NCBI GenBank assembly: GCA_042572045.1
Contig: JBHPFI010000002.1
Location: 92,245-156,244 of the forward strand
Origin: Candidatus Omnitrophota bacterium
Lineage (GTDB): Bacteria; Omnitrophota; Gorgyraeia; Gorgyraeales; Gorgyraeaceae
Length of the DNA: 64,000 nucleotides
Reading direction: 5' to 3'
Under the pieces are notes generated by a model. It made no database searches. It worked only from the letters and a program-made list of their open reading frames with translations, and was not told the DNA's origin. Shown here in pieces: positions 29,910 to 38,235 of this stretch (position 1 is its first letter; every line of letters starts with the position of its first letter). Both the position numbers and the translations under genes were made by a program.

Positions 29910-30170
29910 TTATTGCAATCTAGGAACAAGAAAAGAACTTACATAAAGATTTCCATCGCTTTTAAGAGAGTGCATTGTTCCTGCAGGGACAATAAATGCT
30001 TTTCCTACGCTTAACTCTACTTGCCCATCTTCTAAAACTCCAAAGCCAGAGCCTTTTATGCAATAAAATATCTCATCTTGTTTATCGTGTTTATGCAAAG
30101 GAACTTTTGTATCTGAATTGACATGATATGCTTTTACCACAATAGATTCTTTAATAGCGTTTAGGTCCAT
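29910..30170 (-). CDS. cupin-domain protein
   Basis: 86 aa. H.H....E...G and a second-motif H (GTMHSL). Confidence 0.7.
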   Translation of the reverse strand: MDLNAIKESIVVKAYHVNSDTKVPLHKHDKQDEIFYCIKGSGFGVLEDGQVELSVGKAFIVPAGTMHSLKSDGNLYVSSFLVPRLQ

Positions 30171-30180
30171 ATCTTTCTCC

Positions 30181-30360
30181 TTATCTGCCTCTTTTCTTGT
30201 TTCGTTTCCCTTTTGTTTTATCCGATTCTGGCTTATGTTCGTCTAACTCAATAAACTTAAACTCGTTTGATAGAACACAGCCATCGGAAGAAGGTTCACA
30301 TTTCTTTTTCCGTAATCCACAAAAACCATCTTTTATTTCATTAGGACAGGTCCAACTCAT
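30181..30360 (-). CDS. 59-aa Cys-rich protein (absent from ORF track)
   Basis: Translation is MSWTCPNEIKDGFCGLRKKKCEPSSDGCVLSNEFKFIELDEHKPESDKTKGKRNKKRGR*. It is the first gene behind a consensus promoter and replaces the spurious plus ORF 30197..30403. Confidence 0.45.
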   Translation of the reverse strand: MSWTCPNEIKDGFCGLRKKKCEPSSDGCVLSNEFKFIELDEHKPESDKTKGKRNKKRGR

Positions 30361-30370
30361 ATCGTTTCTT

Positions 30371-30399
30371 ATTATACGCTGCTATAGAATGGCAGTCAA
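30371..30399 (-). promoter_or_regulatory. sigma70-type promoter of the cupin cassette
   Basis: Minus strand TTGACT (30394-30399) -N17- TATAAT (30371-30376). Confidence 0.6.
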
Positions 30400-30421
30400 T
30401 TAACAAATAAATGCAAACAAA

Positions 30422-30561
30422 ATAACCCACTGCAACTTATTTAATCACAGTGGGTTATGTAATTTTGGCTCCTCTTCATGGACGAGTTTCGAACTTATTT
30501 GAGAGAGTTTAAGGTGTTTCGTTATACAGAAGAGCTGAATAGGTCAATCCAAAATCCAACA
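30422..30561 (-). repeat. island boundary 4: hairpin + core + diverged arm
   Basis: Hairpin ATAACCCACTG/CAGTGGGTTAT. Core TGGCTCC at 30467-30473. Arm reads ..MDEFRTYLREFKVFRYTEELNRS... Confidence 0.65.
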
Positions 30562-30864
30562 TTAAGATTGTACAAATTTTAGTTCAGTGCCATCATTTGG
30601 ACAATAATAAACATCTGAACTAAAGGTTTGGCCACATTCTGGACAGAATCTCTGCATATTTGAATCTCCTATCAATGCCCCTCCTGCAGCACCTACTGCT
30701 GCTCCTATAAGAGCACCCTCAGCTGCATGGTCTGACTGATGTCCTATAATCGCTCCAGCACCTGCTCCTACAAGACTACCTATCCCAGCTCCTTTTTGAG
30801 TACCTGTACAGCCTACAATAAACACCAACGAAATAAAAAGTAACACTAATAGATTCTTTTTCAT
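30562..30864 (-). CDS. lipoprotein with glycine-zipper and C-terminal zinc-ribbon
   Basis: 100 aa. Lipobox LVFIVGC, GxxxG repeats and CPECG...CPNDG. Confidence 0.6.
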   Translation of the reverse strand: MKKNLLVLLFISLVFIVGCTGTQKGAGIGSLVGAGAGAIIGHQSDHAAEGALIGAAVGAAGGALIGDSNMQRFCPECGQTFSSDVYYCPNDGTELKFVQS

Positions 30865-31373
30865 TACTCGCCTCCTTTTTTCATGCGTCCAAAACCCTTA
30901 CGATGTCTTTTCATTCCATTACGATGCTTCCCAATAAATGCTCTAAATTTTGTATACTGCTCAGGGCTTAGTATGTTCCTTACCTCTAAAATACCTTCAA
31001 GTCTGTTATCTTGCATTTCTGAATGTATAATTTTTAGTTCATTATTGAGCTGGTTTATTTTCTCCATATCAAGTTCTTGCTTTTGAAGTTCTTCTCTAAG
31101 TTCTTTCCTCTTATTTGAAATTTCATGACGAAATGCCTTCATCCCCTCTCTGTTCTGAGTCTTGTGGGCCTTTAACTGCTCTTCCTGCTCAGGTGTAAGG
31201 TTAAGTTCTTTAGAGATCTCTTTAAAACGTGCTTCCATTTTCCCTTTTATAACTTCCTTTTCTCCAGGATCAAAGCAGCGTTCCTTCCCTGACCATGCAT
31301 AGGCATTTGATGCCAGAAAAATACCTAAAATAAAAATGTAGAACCATATAGAATTCTTAAATTTTATATTCAT
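30864..31373 (-). CDS. periplasmic Spy/CpxP-family protein
   Basis: 169 aa with a signal peptide. Two LTPEQ/LSPEQ motifs. Confidence 0.7.
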   Translation of the reverse strand: MNIKFKNSIWFYIFILGIFLASNAYAWSGKERCFDPGEKEVIKGKMEARFKEISKELNLTPEQEEQLKAHKTQNREGMKAFRHEISNKRKELREELQKQELDMEKINQLNNELKIIHSEMQDNRLEGILEVRNILSPEQYTKFRAFIGKHRNGMKRHRKGFGRMKKGGE

Positions 31374-31428
31374 GACTTTTGCCCTCCTTTCACTAACTTA
31401 GACAAATAAAGCTCTCTAAAAGTTCCAA

Positions 31429-31932
31429 TTAGAGAAAATATTCTTCTATTGCTGTATTATAATCTACATTTTCTCCATTTGAGCCGTAACTGTTCTCTGT
31501 AAATAAATATGCTAGATACTCAACCTGTTCTCTTGACTGCATATTAACAATTTCTTGTTTGCTGGAATAAAACTTTGTAAATATGCCCAAGCAAAGTACT
31601 AATACCATCGCAGTCGCAACGGCAAAGATAGGTTTTGGGATATAGATAAAATTCCTTAGCTTATCCATTAAATTATGCGTGGGGTATGGTCTTGTTTCTT
31701 GCTGGGTTTCAGCTTCTATTTTCTCTTTTATGCGATACCAGATTGAATCAAGCGGCTCTTTTGTCTCTATTTTTCTAAATGGTCCTATAACGGATTTTGT
31801 AACCATAGACGCGAATTCTCTACAAGCTCTGCATTGTGCCAAATGTTCTTCTATGAGCTCTTTCTGAGTTGCTTTTATCTCTTTATCTGAATAATCTGTA
31901 AGAATCATATTTTTAACTTTTTTACACTTCAT
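31429..31932 (-). CDS. anti-sigma factor (zf-HC2 type), single TM
   Basis: 167 aa. H...C..C motif (HLAQCRAC). Overlaps the sigma gene. Confidence 0.7.
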   Translation of the reverse strand: MKCKKVKNMILTDYSDKEIKATQKELIEEHLAQCRACREFASMVTKSVIGPFRKIETKEPLDSIWYRIKEKIEAETQQETRPYPTHNLMDKLRNFIYIPKPIFAVATAMVLVLCLGIFTKFYSSKQEIVNMQSREQVEYLAYLFTENSYGSNGENVDYNTAIEEYFL

Positions 31933-32467
31933 TTTTTACCACCTCTCTTCTTAGAACTATTAGTTTTTGCCTGGCTCTCTTAAGTCTTGAACGCACTGTA
32001 TTAATATTAATCCTTAATACGCTGGATATCTCTTTATAGCTAAGTCCCTGGATTTCCTTCAATACTATACAGGTCTTGTGCTCTAGGCTAAGCTTACCCA
32101 GAAGATATCTAACTAAGTTCTCATTATCATGATCTTTTCCCTTATGGTCAGGACTAGTATTTAGTGCAAACTCATAATGTACTCTTTTATTTTCTTCCTT
32201 TGAGATTTTCTTTTTGAAATTTATGGCTGTATTCACAGCAATCCTGTAAAGCCATGTCTTCAAGGACGAACGAAAATTAAAGCTTCTTAGGTTCTTAAAT
32301 ACTTTAATAAATACCTCTTGGGTTATTTCTTCAGCATCTTTGCTATTATTGGCAACTCTAAATGCTACATTATATACAAAGCTCGAGCTCGACTTATAGA
32401 TTTCCTCAAATGCTCTCATATCTCCTTGAGACGCCTTTATTATTAAATCATTGTCTATTTCGACCAT
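31922..32467 (-). CDS. ECF (group 4) sigma-70 factor
   Basis: 181 aa. Region 2 (DAEEITQEVFIKVF) and region 4 HTH (LSYKEISSVLRININTVRSRL). Confidence 0.85.
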   Translation of the reverse strand: MVEIDNDLIIKASQGDMRAFEEIYKSSSSFVYNVAFRVANNSKDAEEITQEVFIKVFKNLRSFNFRSSLKTWLYRIAVNTAINFKKKISKEENKRVHYEFALNTSPDHKGKDHDNENLVRYLLGKLSLEHKTCIVLKEIQGLSYKEISSVLRININTVRSRLKRARQKLIVLRREVVKNEV

Positions 32468-32618
32468 CTCCTGCCCCTAATAATATTAGACAAAGAAAAC
32501 TCTCTAAAAGTTCCTTTATATTATAACATAACCAAAGACAAAGATAACCTGTTAGAGCATAACAGACTATCTCTGCCTTACTTTATTGAAAATGTTAGAT
32601 TAAAAATCTAAATTTGTT

Positions 32619-33233
32619 CTACTTACCATACATAACTTTGAGCTGTTCTACAGATGGAAATTCATAGTAAAATTCACCTTGCGGTCCAACAAACCCATCT
32701 CCTAATTTGTTCAATGTTACCGCTGTATAACTACCATTCGCATTAGGGATATTTACTGTATAACTATCTTCTGAATCTTTAGAATTAGATTCTATAACCT
32801 TTACTTCCTTTGGAAGCTCGACAATTTCATAAACTGGGTCGGGGATGACAATATATCTTCCTTTTTTTCTAACATAATAAATATCGTTGTAATAATAATA
32901 GGCATTACCTTTAATAACTATAGTTTTGTGGCCTTTTGGTAAAGCAGTAACTATAGCTCCTCTTGGTGCATCAACAATTATATACCCCGAAGGAGTCCTT
33001 TTGTAAAAATATCCATGATGATAATAATACTCTACTCCTGCATGAATAATTACTTTCGCTATTAGCTCAGGTAAGCTTACTATTTTTCCACGATAAGGAT
33101 GATGATGGTGACGGTGCTGTCTATGTCTTATGGATTTTTTTTTGCTTGCGAAAGCATCTACAGAATAAACTGATAAAAAACTACACACAACTATACTCAT
33201 AACAACCGTTCTTATAATCTTTTTTGTTACCAT
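32619..33233 (-). CDS. secreted His/Tyr-rich protein, unknown function
   Basis: 204 aa with a signal peptide. HRQHRHHHHP tract and YYY-rich beta repeats. Confidence 0.5.
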   Translation of the reverse strand: MVTKKIIRTVVMSIVVCSFLSVYSVDAFASKKKSIRHRQHRHHHHPYRGKIVSLPELIAKVIIHAGVEYYYHHGYFYKRTPSGYIIVDAPRGAIVTALPKGHKTIVIKGNAYYYYNDIYYVRKKGRYIVIPDPVYEIVELPKEVKVIESNSKDSEDSYTVNIPNANGSYTAVTLNKLGDGFVGPQGEFYYEFPSVEQLKVMYGK

Positions 33234-33346
33234 TTTGCCTCCTTTCTTAGTTATGTTTCATAATGAAATTTCTTTTTAATAACTTAGACAACCAAAATTA
33301 TAAAAAAGTTCCCTATCTATAATATTTTTAAAATATGGAAATAAAA

Positions 33347-33466
33347 AAACCGTTGTAACTTATTCAATTACAACGGTTTAGAAACAGTGGCTCCCCCCAA
33401 GACTACGAGTTTCGCAACTTTTTGGAGGAGTTTAGGGATTATTGCTTATCGCACGAAGCAAGAAAA
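33347..33466 (-). repeat. island boundary 5: hairpin + core + arm
   Basis: Hairpin AAACCGTTGTAA/TTACAACGGTTT. Core TGGCTCCCC at 33388-33396, followed by extra Cs that break the frame. Arm reads DYEFRNFLEEFRDYCLSHEARKL. Confidence 0.75.
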
Positions 33467-33832
33467 TTAGTGACAGCTATGGTTAATACATGCATTATCC
33501 ACGGTAATTTCTTCTAATTTACCTTCTTTGTATTTTTTGATTATTTCTTCTACTGTTCCGGCATTTGCTCTATAAGCTTTAATACCACCTTCATTAAGCT
33601 TTTGAACTGCCCTAGCTCCCATCCCACCGCATACTACTGCATCAATCCCCTTATTATCTAATGCTTTTAGTGGGTGGCACATTCCGTGCATATGTTGACT
33701 ATCGCCATTGTTAATAACTTCAAATGCTCCTTTTTCATTATCATAGATTAAAAAATAAGGAGCGCTCCCAAAATGAGCATTAACTTCTGACTTCAAGCCT
33801 TCATTTTCTACTATCGGAATACATATTTTCAT
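33467..33832 (-). CDS. NifB/NifX-type (dinitrogenase FeMo-cofactor-binding fold) small protein
   Basis: Start at MKICIPI (ATG 33832, sharing 1 nt with the upstream stop codon). HFG.A..F and GIDAVVCGGMG motifs. Confidence 0.7.
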   Translation of the reverse strand: MKICIPIVENEGLKSEVNAHFGSAPYFLIYDNEKGAFEVINNGDSQHMHGMCHPLKALDNKGIDAVVCGGMGARAVQKLNEGGIKAYRANAGTVEEIIKKYKEGKLEEITVDNACINHSCH

Positions 33833-34305
33833 CAAACTGCCCTCCCACATCTACCTCTACCACGACCTCCGCCCCCACCTGTCCTCGCCCAACCTCTATC
33901 TTGTGGCGCTCTATGAATATTTGAGCTGCTACACTTGGGGCACACATTTGGTCTGCCAGCTCCATATGGCGAAGTCCATTCATTTTTACAATCATAACAA
34001 ACAAAATATCTCTCCATCATTTTAACCACACCCCCTTCTATTTTTAATGCTTTACTATTAACTAATGCATCTGCTATTTTTCTATGTGCAGAGGAAATAA
34101 TATTTCCGAATGTTTGCCTTGAAACATTCATCTTTTTAGCAGCATCTTCTTGATACTTTTCTTCCAAATCAGCAAGTCTTATTGCCTCAAGTTCATCCAT
34201 AGTTAAATCAACTTCATCTAATGAATCAACAGGAATACCTCTGGGCTTAAAATAATTTGCATTAGGATTACAACGAACTCTCCTACATCTAAAAGGTCTT
34301 GGCAT
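33832..34305 (-). CDS. DUF134 regulator fused to C-terminal zinc-ribbon and RGG tail
   Basis: 157 aa. The first 95 aa are paralogous to 28500..28802. They are followed by CYDC...CPKC and GGGGGRGRGRCGR. Confidence 0.75.
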   Translation of the reverse strand: MPRPFRCRRVRCNPNANYFKPRGIPVDSLDEVDLTMDELEAIRLADLEEKYQEDAAKKMNVSRQTFGNIISSAHRKIADALVNSKALKIEGGVVKMMERYFVCYDCKNEWTSPYGAGRPNVCPKCSSSNIHRAPQDRGWARTGGGGGRGRGRCGRAV

Positions 34306-34320
34306 GTTATACCTCCATAG

Positions 34321-34340
34321 TTATTGGCATATGCCAATAA
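34321..34340. promoter_or_regulatory. 20-bp perfect palindrome, candidate operator of the second DUF134 gene
   Basis: TTATTGGCATATGCCAATAA lies immediately downstream of TTGACG (34364-34369) -N16- TATACT (34342-34347) on the minus strand. Confidence 0.6.
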
Positions 34341-34387
34341 TAGTATATCATATCTATAATTTTCGTCAAGATTATTATGTAAAAATA

Positions 34388-34430
34388 AATTGGCGCCAGA
34401 TAAAAAAATATCTGGCGCCAATTTTGGCTC
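34388..34430 (-). repeat. island boundary 6 (weak): hairpin + 6-nt core
   Basis: Hairpin AATTGGCGCCAGAT/ATCTGGCGCCAATT. Only TGGCTC (34425-34430) matches the tRNA end, and there is no arm. Confidence 0.45.
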
Positions 34431-34798
34431 GGGAGGTGGGGATATAGGACAGTTTAATCTCAGTATTTTGGCTGTATATATGGAGCAGGTTTTAGGGTCA
34501 ATTTTAGACTTTCGGCAATATCAGAGATAGAAGTTGTAGAGATATATAGCGCTTCAAGGCATGCTCGAACCATCAAAAACACTGTAAATTTGTCCAATTT
34601 TGTCCATCAAACATTATATAAAATTTATGTAACTATATTTAAAATAAGGAGGTGTATCAAATAGGTGTGGTTGTCCTGGACATTATCAAAAAAGTAGTTT
34701 TTACCTAGTTTAATACAAAACCTTTACTTAAAGAATCAGATATGCTATAATAAAAAATGTTGGGTTTAAATGGTTAACTAAAAAAAGGAGGTGACACA

Positions 34799-34906
34799 TG
34801 GCAAAAACTAAGAAGGCAAGATGTCCGGCTAAAACAAAAGAAGGCAAGGCATGTAAAAGTCGTGCATCTGGAAAATCTAAATTCTGCATTAGTCATAAGA
34901 AATAGC
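34799..34906 (+). CDS. 35-aa basic CCCH zinc-knuckle peptide (absent from ORF track)
   Basis: AAGGAGGTG RBS. Translation is MAKTKKARCPAKTKEGKACKSRASGKSKFCISHKK*. The promoter TTTACT-N17-TATAAT lies upstream. It is the only plus-strand gene in this part of the island. Confidence 0.45.
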
Positions 34907-34938
34907 AAAACGGGTTATTTATTTAAGTTTTTTCTTCC

Positions 34939-34980
34939 TGGCCCTTCGACGCGGCCCCTTCGGGGCCTTACTCAGGGCCA
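34939..34980 (+). other. GC-rich two-tier hairpin with UUCG tetraloop
   Basis: TGGCCCT-tcgacgc-GGCCCC-TTCG-GGGGCC-ttactc-AGGGCCA. It lies 30 nt after the small ORF stop. Confidence 0.5.
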
Positions 34981-34993
34981 AATTTGCCAAAAG

Positions 34994-35127
34994 AAAAGCC
35001 TCTGCTTATTATAACATAAGAGAGGCTTTTCCTACTGCAAATTTGGCTCCCCGCATTAGATGAGTTTCGCAACTGGTTATATGCTGAAGAAGCTAATAAA
35101 TTATATAAAGAACCGTTGTTAACCTAA
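34994..35127 (-). repeat. island boundary 7: hairpin + core + short-variant arm
   Basis: Hairpin AAAAGCCTCT/AGAGGCTTTT. Core TGGCTCCCCG at 35044-35053. Arm reads WLPALDEFRNWLYAEEANKLYKEPLLT*. Confidence 0.75.
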
Positions 35128-35193
35128 AAGTGATGGGTGTAAGATTTCTCAAATCTTTCAACTGATTATGCAAAGTATGTTATATATTTTTTA

Positions 35194-35727
35194 TTAGGTT
35201 GGTGTTGCGGTACCACCTAAAATAGAAAACAATAACATAAAGATTAACGCCTGAATAACCCAACCAATCGCGCAAACTCCCACAGCTCTTAACGTGTTCT
35301 TATAATCGAGTGCTTGTCTAACCGCAATGACCATTGCCGTTAGCATCCAAATTGAGGCCCCTAGAAAAACAATCCCTGTCAGTCCTGGGATAATGCCCAA
35401 TACCCGAATCAAACCCGGCGAGGTCGAAAAACCAATGGTTCGCAGCATCTCTCCCATATCTGCCTTGGTCTGAGATTCCGGAAGAAGTCTTGTACCGATA
35501 AAGTAAGTAAGAAAAGCCCATACATACCAGCTGATAAGAGCGACAATTGTCCCCATGAGGATTCCACCAAGGCCTCCTTTTGCAATGGTTCCTATTCCGG
35601 CGGCTATACTAGAGAGAATAACTACCCCCGTGGCCTGTCTCATCGCCGTAGTGTCAGCTTCAACCTCTTCATACAGCTTAACATCTAGTTTAGCAGCACG
35701 AATAATACGATCGTTAAAATCAGCCAT
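35194..35727 (-). CDS. Yip1-family integral membrane protein
   Basis: 177 aa and 5 TM, with an N-terminal cytosolic helix. Confidence 0.65.
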   Translation of the reverse strand: MADFNDRIIRAAKLDVKLYEEVEADTTAMRQATGVVILSSIAAGIGTIAKGGLGGILMGTIVALISWYVWAFLTYFIGTRLLPESQTKADMGEMLRTIGFSTSPGLIRVLGIIPGLTGIVFLGASIWMLTAMVIAVRQALDYKNTLRAVGVCAIGWVIQALIFMLLFSILGGTATPT

Positions 35728-35867
35728 TTCAATCTCCTTTCAAGTTTTGTTTAGATTAGTCCTCGTGCTCCGGACTCAGGAATCTTTATCTTGGAAGTTC
35801 TTGTACCGTTTTGAAACTTAGCTATCAATGTGTCTTATGGCAATCTTCAAACTGTCCCTTTTTTCTA

Positions 35868-35975
35868 CTAGTGTGTTTTTTCTTGTTTTTTCCTGTTTGC
35901 TTCGTTTTTTGCGTTTTTTGCTTTGTTTACTTGTTTGTTGTGTTTATTCTTATCTTTCCTACCTTTATCGCCCAT
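35868..35975 (-). CDS. 35-aa highly basic peptide (absent from ORF track; tentative)
   Basis: AAGGAGGAA RBS. Translation is MGDKGRKDKNKHNKQVNKAKNAKNEANRKKQEKTH*. The sequence is low complexity. Confidence 0.3.
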   Translation of the reverse strand: MGDKGRKDKNKHNKQVNKAKNAKNEANRKKQEKTH

Positions 35976-35994
35976 GGATATTCCTCCTTTTTTT

Positions 35995-36097
35995 CCTCCC
36001 CGTATTGGACGAGTTTCGCAACTGGTTAGAGGAGTTTAAGGATTATTGTCTTTCAGAAGAAGTCAGCAAGTTATGCAAAGAACTTGTTATCGCCTAA
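35995..36097 (-). repeat. island boundary 8: degenerate core + best-preserved arm
   Basis: TTCCTCCCCG matches the core at 8/10. Arm reads LPVLDEFRNWLEEFKDYCLSEEVSKLCKELVIA*, which is the end of ORF-track 35828..36097. No hairpin. Confidence 0.65.
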
Positions 36098-36104
36098 TCA
36101 CTTA

Positions 36105-36485
36105 TTACTTCGCATTAGGGTCAGCTTGCACTATACCAAACATAAGTCCACCCGGCTCTGCACATGTTGCATACCAACCGATAGTGGGTATAGCCATCTT
36201 TGGTTCAATGATATTGCCGCCATTCGCTTTTACCTTTTCAATAAACTCATCAAGGCTTTGAACCGGTATTGTTACTTGAGTTAAGGGCTTACCACCTGTG
36301 ATAGGAGTATCTTTGACTTCGCCAATACCTCCATCAATACCAATCTCTTTATCGCTTCCTGCGCTAATTCGGTAGTATTCATATGGCATAGGAAACTTTT
36401 CAAAACTCCAGCCAAAGACATTTTCAAAAAACTTTCTGGCATCTTTAAGATTGTTGACTGTGAAATCAAAATATGTTGGTCTCAT
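36105..36485 (-). CDS. VOC (glyoxalase/bleomycin-resistance fold) family protein
   Basis: 126 aa of paired beta-alpha-beta-beta-beta modules. Confidence 0.7.
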   Translation of the reverse strand: MRPTYFDFTVNNLKDARKFFENVFGWSFEKFPMPYEYYRISAGSDKEIGIDGGIGEVKDTPITGGKPLTQVTIPVQSLDEFIEKVKANGGNIIEPKMAIPTIGWYATCAEPGGLMFGIVQADPNAK

Positions 36486-36499
36486 CTTTTACCCTTTCT

Positions 36500-36742
36500 T
36501 TACCCAACAATGCGTAATGCAAAATATGGAATAACATTGAAAAAAAACACGGCTATCTTGTAGAACATCGCACCAGCATAGTGAATCTCATCAAACCTCT
36601 CAACTGATAACTTAAGAAACTTGCTATGGAACTTGTAGACAAAATCATGTAATACCGTAATAGCAAAAAACCACCAGAGAAGTATTCCTATATTGATTAT
36701 TGAACACCAGCCTAACACTGCACGCATCGTCTCAATTGTCAT
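36500..36742 (-). CDS. small 2-TM membrane protein
   Basis: Start at MTIETM (AAGGAGG RBS). The ORF track allows a start at 36760. Confidence 0.5.
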   Translation of the reverse strand: MTIETMRAVLGWCSIINIGILLWWFFAITVLHDFVYKFHSKFLKLSVERFDEIHYAGAMFYKIAVFFFNVIPYFALRIVG

Positions 36743-36762
36743 TTTGTCCTCCTTTTTCAATC

Positions 36763-36925
36763 ATTCTACTCCAAATAAAAACCCCTTGCAACTTATTTTA
36801 TTGCAAGGGGTTATAAGTAGTGGCTCCCCTCGGACTACGAGTTTCGCAACTTTTTGGATGAGTTCAAAAACTATTGTATCACTGAATAAGCAAGCAAGCT
36901 ATATGAAGAACTCGTGATTGCTTAA
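36763..36925 (-). repeat. island boundary 9: promoter/hairpin + core + arm
   Basis: 36772-36829 is 58/58 identical to 39062-39119 (hairpin AACCCCTTGCAA/TTGCAAGGGGTT plus TGGCTCCCC). Arm reads WLPSDYEFRNFLDEFKNYCITE*ASKLYEELVIA*, with an in-frame TAA at 36887-36889. Confidence 0.85.
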
Positions 36926-36960
36926 TCATTACTTTTGATTAGAATATCACTTTTGTGTGC

Positions 36961-37815
36961 TCATTTTGTCGCGACATTGAAAAATTCTACACCATGTTTA
37001 TCTAATTCGCCCACTAGTTCTCGCGAGTTTTCCCATCCTGTTTCTTTTAGAAAACCACCAAGTTTCTCAGGTTGTATGCTCCAGAGCCAAGGTTCTCCGG
37101 TAACCTTGAGAATCCACATGGTCAACCCTGTCCAACGGCCAGCATCAGGTCGACCATCTGTTCTGGTAGCGACATACGTAAAGGCAATTCGGCTGCCAGC
37201 ACCAGAGATTACAGCGCACTGGTTAAACAAGCCCCGGACTGCCTCAGGGGGCAGATACATCAGCAGCCCCTCAGCCACAATTACGGTCTGCATTTTCGAG
37301 TTCCATGAGTCATTAGCTTCTAGAACGTCCACCAGTTTGTGCTTACCCAAGTCCTCGCCGATTACATGAAGGTTATTCTGAGGTCCCATCGCCTCTATGC
37401 CTTTTGCTTTTAGACTGGCTGTAGCCGGGTGGTCTATTTCAAAAAAATGCACTTTAGGAAAATCCGGAGCTAATCGCCACCCCAGCGTATCATAACCAGC
37501 TCCCAAAACAAGAACCTGAGTAACGCCCCCAGCAATCCCTATCCTTACCTGGCGCTCACAAAATGCTTTTCTGTGAGCAAAAGCTTCAAACTGTCCCGGC
37601 ATCATCCAATCGAATGCCTTGTAAATTGAGACTGCTCTTCGCGAGCGGGAAAATTGAACTGCAGTTTTACTAACTGCACCAGAGGTAAGAAGAAGTTTTG
37701 CCGTAGTTTCAACAATCCCAGGGGGAAGAACTTTGTCCATCCCTGGCTTTGCCCCCAAAGTAACAATGTTCAGGGCAACCTTGCGCGCGGTATAGCTCGG
37801 TGCATCTTTACGCAT
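36961..37815 (-). CDS. class I SAM-dependent methyltransferase (LCMT/O-MT-like)
   Basis: 284 aa. VLVLGAGYDTLGWR SAM motif. Confidence 0.7.
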   Translation of the reverse strand: MRKDAPSYTARKVALNIVTLGAKPGMDKVLPPGIVETTAKLLLTSGAVSKTAVQFSRSRRAVSIYKAFDWMMPGQFEAFAHRKAFCERQVRIGIAGGVTQVLVLGAGYDTLGWRLAPDFPKVHFFEIDHPATASLKAKGIEAMGPQNNLHVIGEDLGKHKLVDVLEANDSWNSKMQTVIVAEGLLMYLPPEAVRGLFNQCAVISGAGSRIAFTYVATRTDGRPDAGRWTGLTMWILKVTGEPWLWSIQPEKLGGFLKETGWENSRELVGELDKHGVEFFNVATK

Positions 37816-37841
37816 AACATACTCCTATGATTAGAACTATA

Positions 37842-38177
37842 TTATTTCGACTTAACTAAAAATAAAATACCAATAACGACTAGTGGCAAACTAATTATTG
37901 AAAATTGAACAAGCCCTTGGTAGGTATGAAAGAAAAACATGGAAACTATTGCCAAAGCTAGAAATAATATCCCACCTACTTTTGGCTTTTTCCATGCAAT
38001 AAATACAGCTACCCAAACTAAAAGCCAAGGAGCAATATTTGGCAGATTCAATAATACTCTTTTAATTCCATTTGCATTTTCTGCACCTGAAAGCATGGCA
38101 AAAACAGTAAATAGTCCCGCATAAAGTAAGACCAATATTTTTGAGATAGTCGTAGTCATAGAAAAAACTCCGGACAA
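37842..38177 (-). CDS. small 4-TM membrane protein
   Basis: 111 aa, hydrophobic throughout. Confidence 0.5.
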   Translation of the reverse strand: MSGVFSMTTTISKILVLLYAGLFTVFAMLSGAENANGIKRVLLNLPNIAPWLLVWVAVFIAWKKPKVGGILFLALAIVSMFFFHTYQGLVQFSIISLPLVVIGILFLVKSK

Positions 38178-38235
38178 ATACCCTGACCTTATTTTTTCCA
38201 GTATACCACAAATGAGCCTCTCGCACTATTCAATA

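Noticed and set aside
30197-30403. Plus-strand 68-aa ORF between the cupin gene and boundary 4.
   Set aside because: It has no RBS. The opposite strand carries a 59-aa Cys-rich ORF with a consensus promoter and RBS in operon context.
35995-36003. The degenerate core TTCCTCCCC at boundary 8 might not be a boundary at all.
   Set aside because: It is kept as a boundary because the best-preserved conserved arm follows it at the same spacing as in the other copies. The altered bases coincide with the RBS of a minus-strand small ORF. Confidence is reduced, and there is no hairpin.
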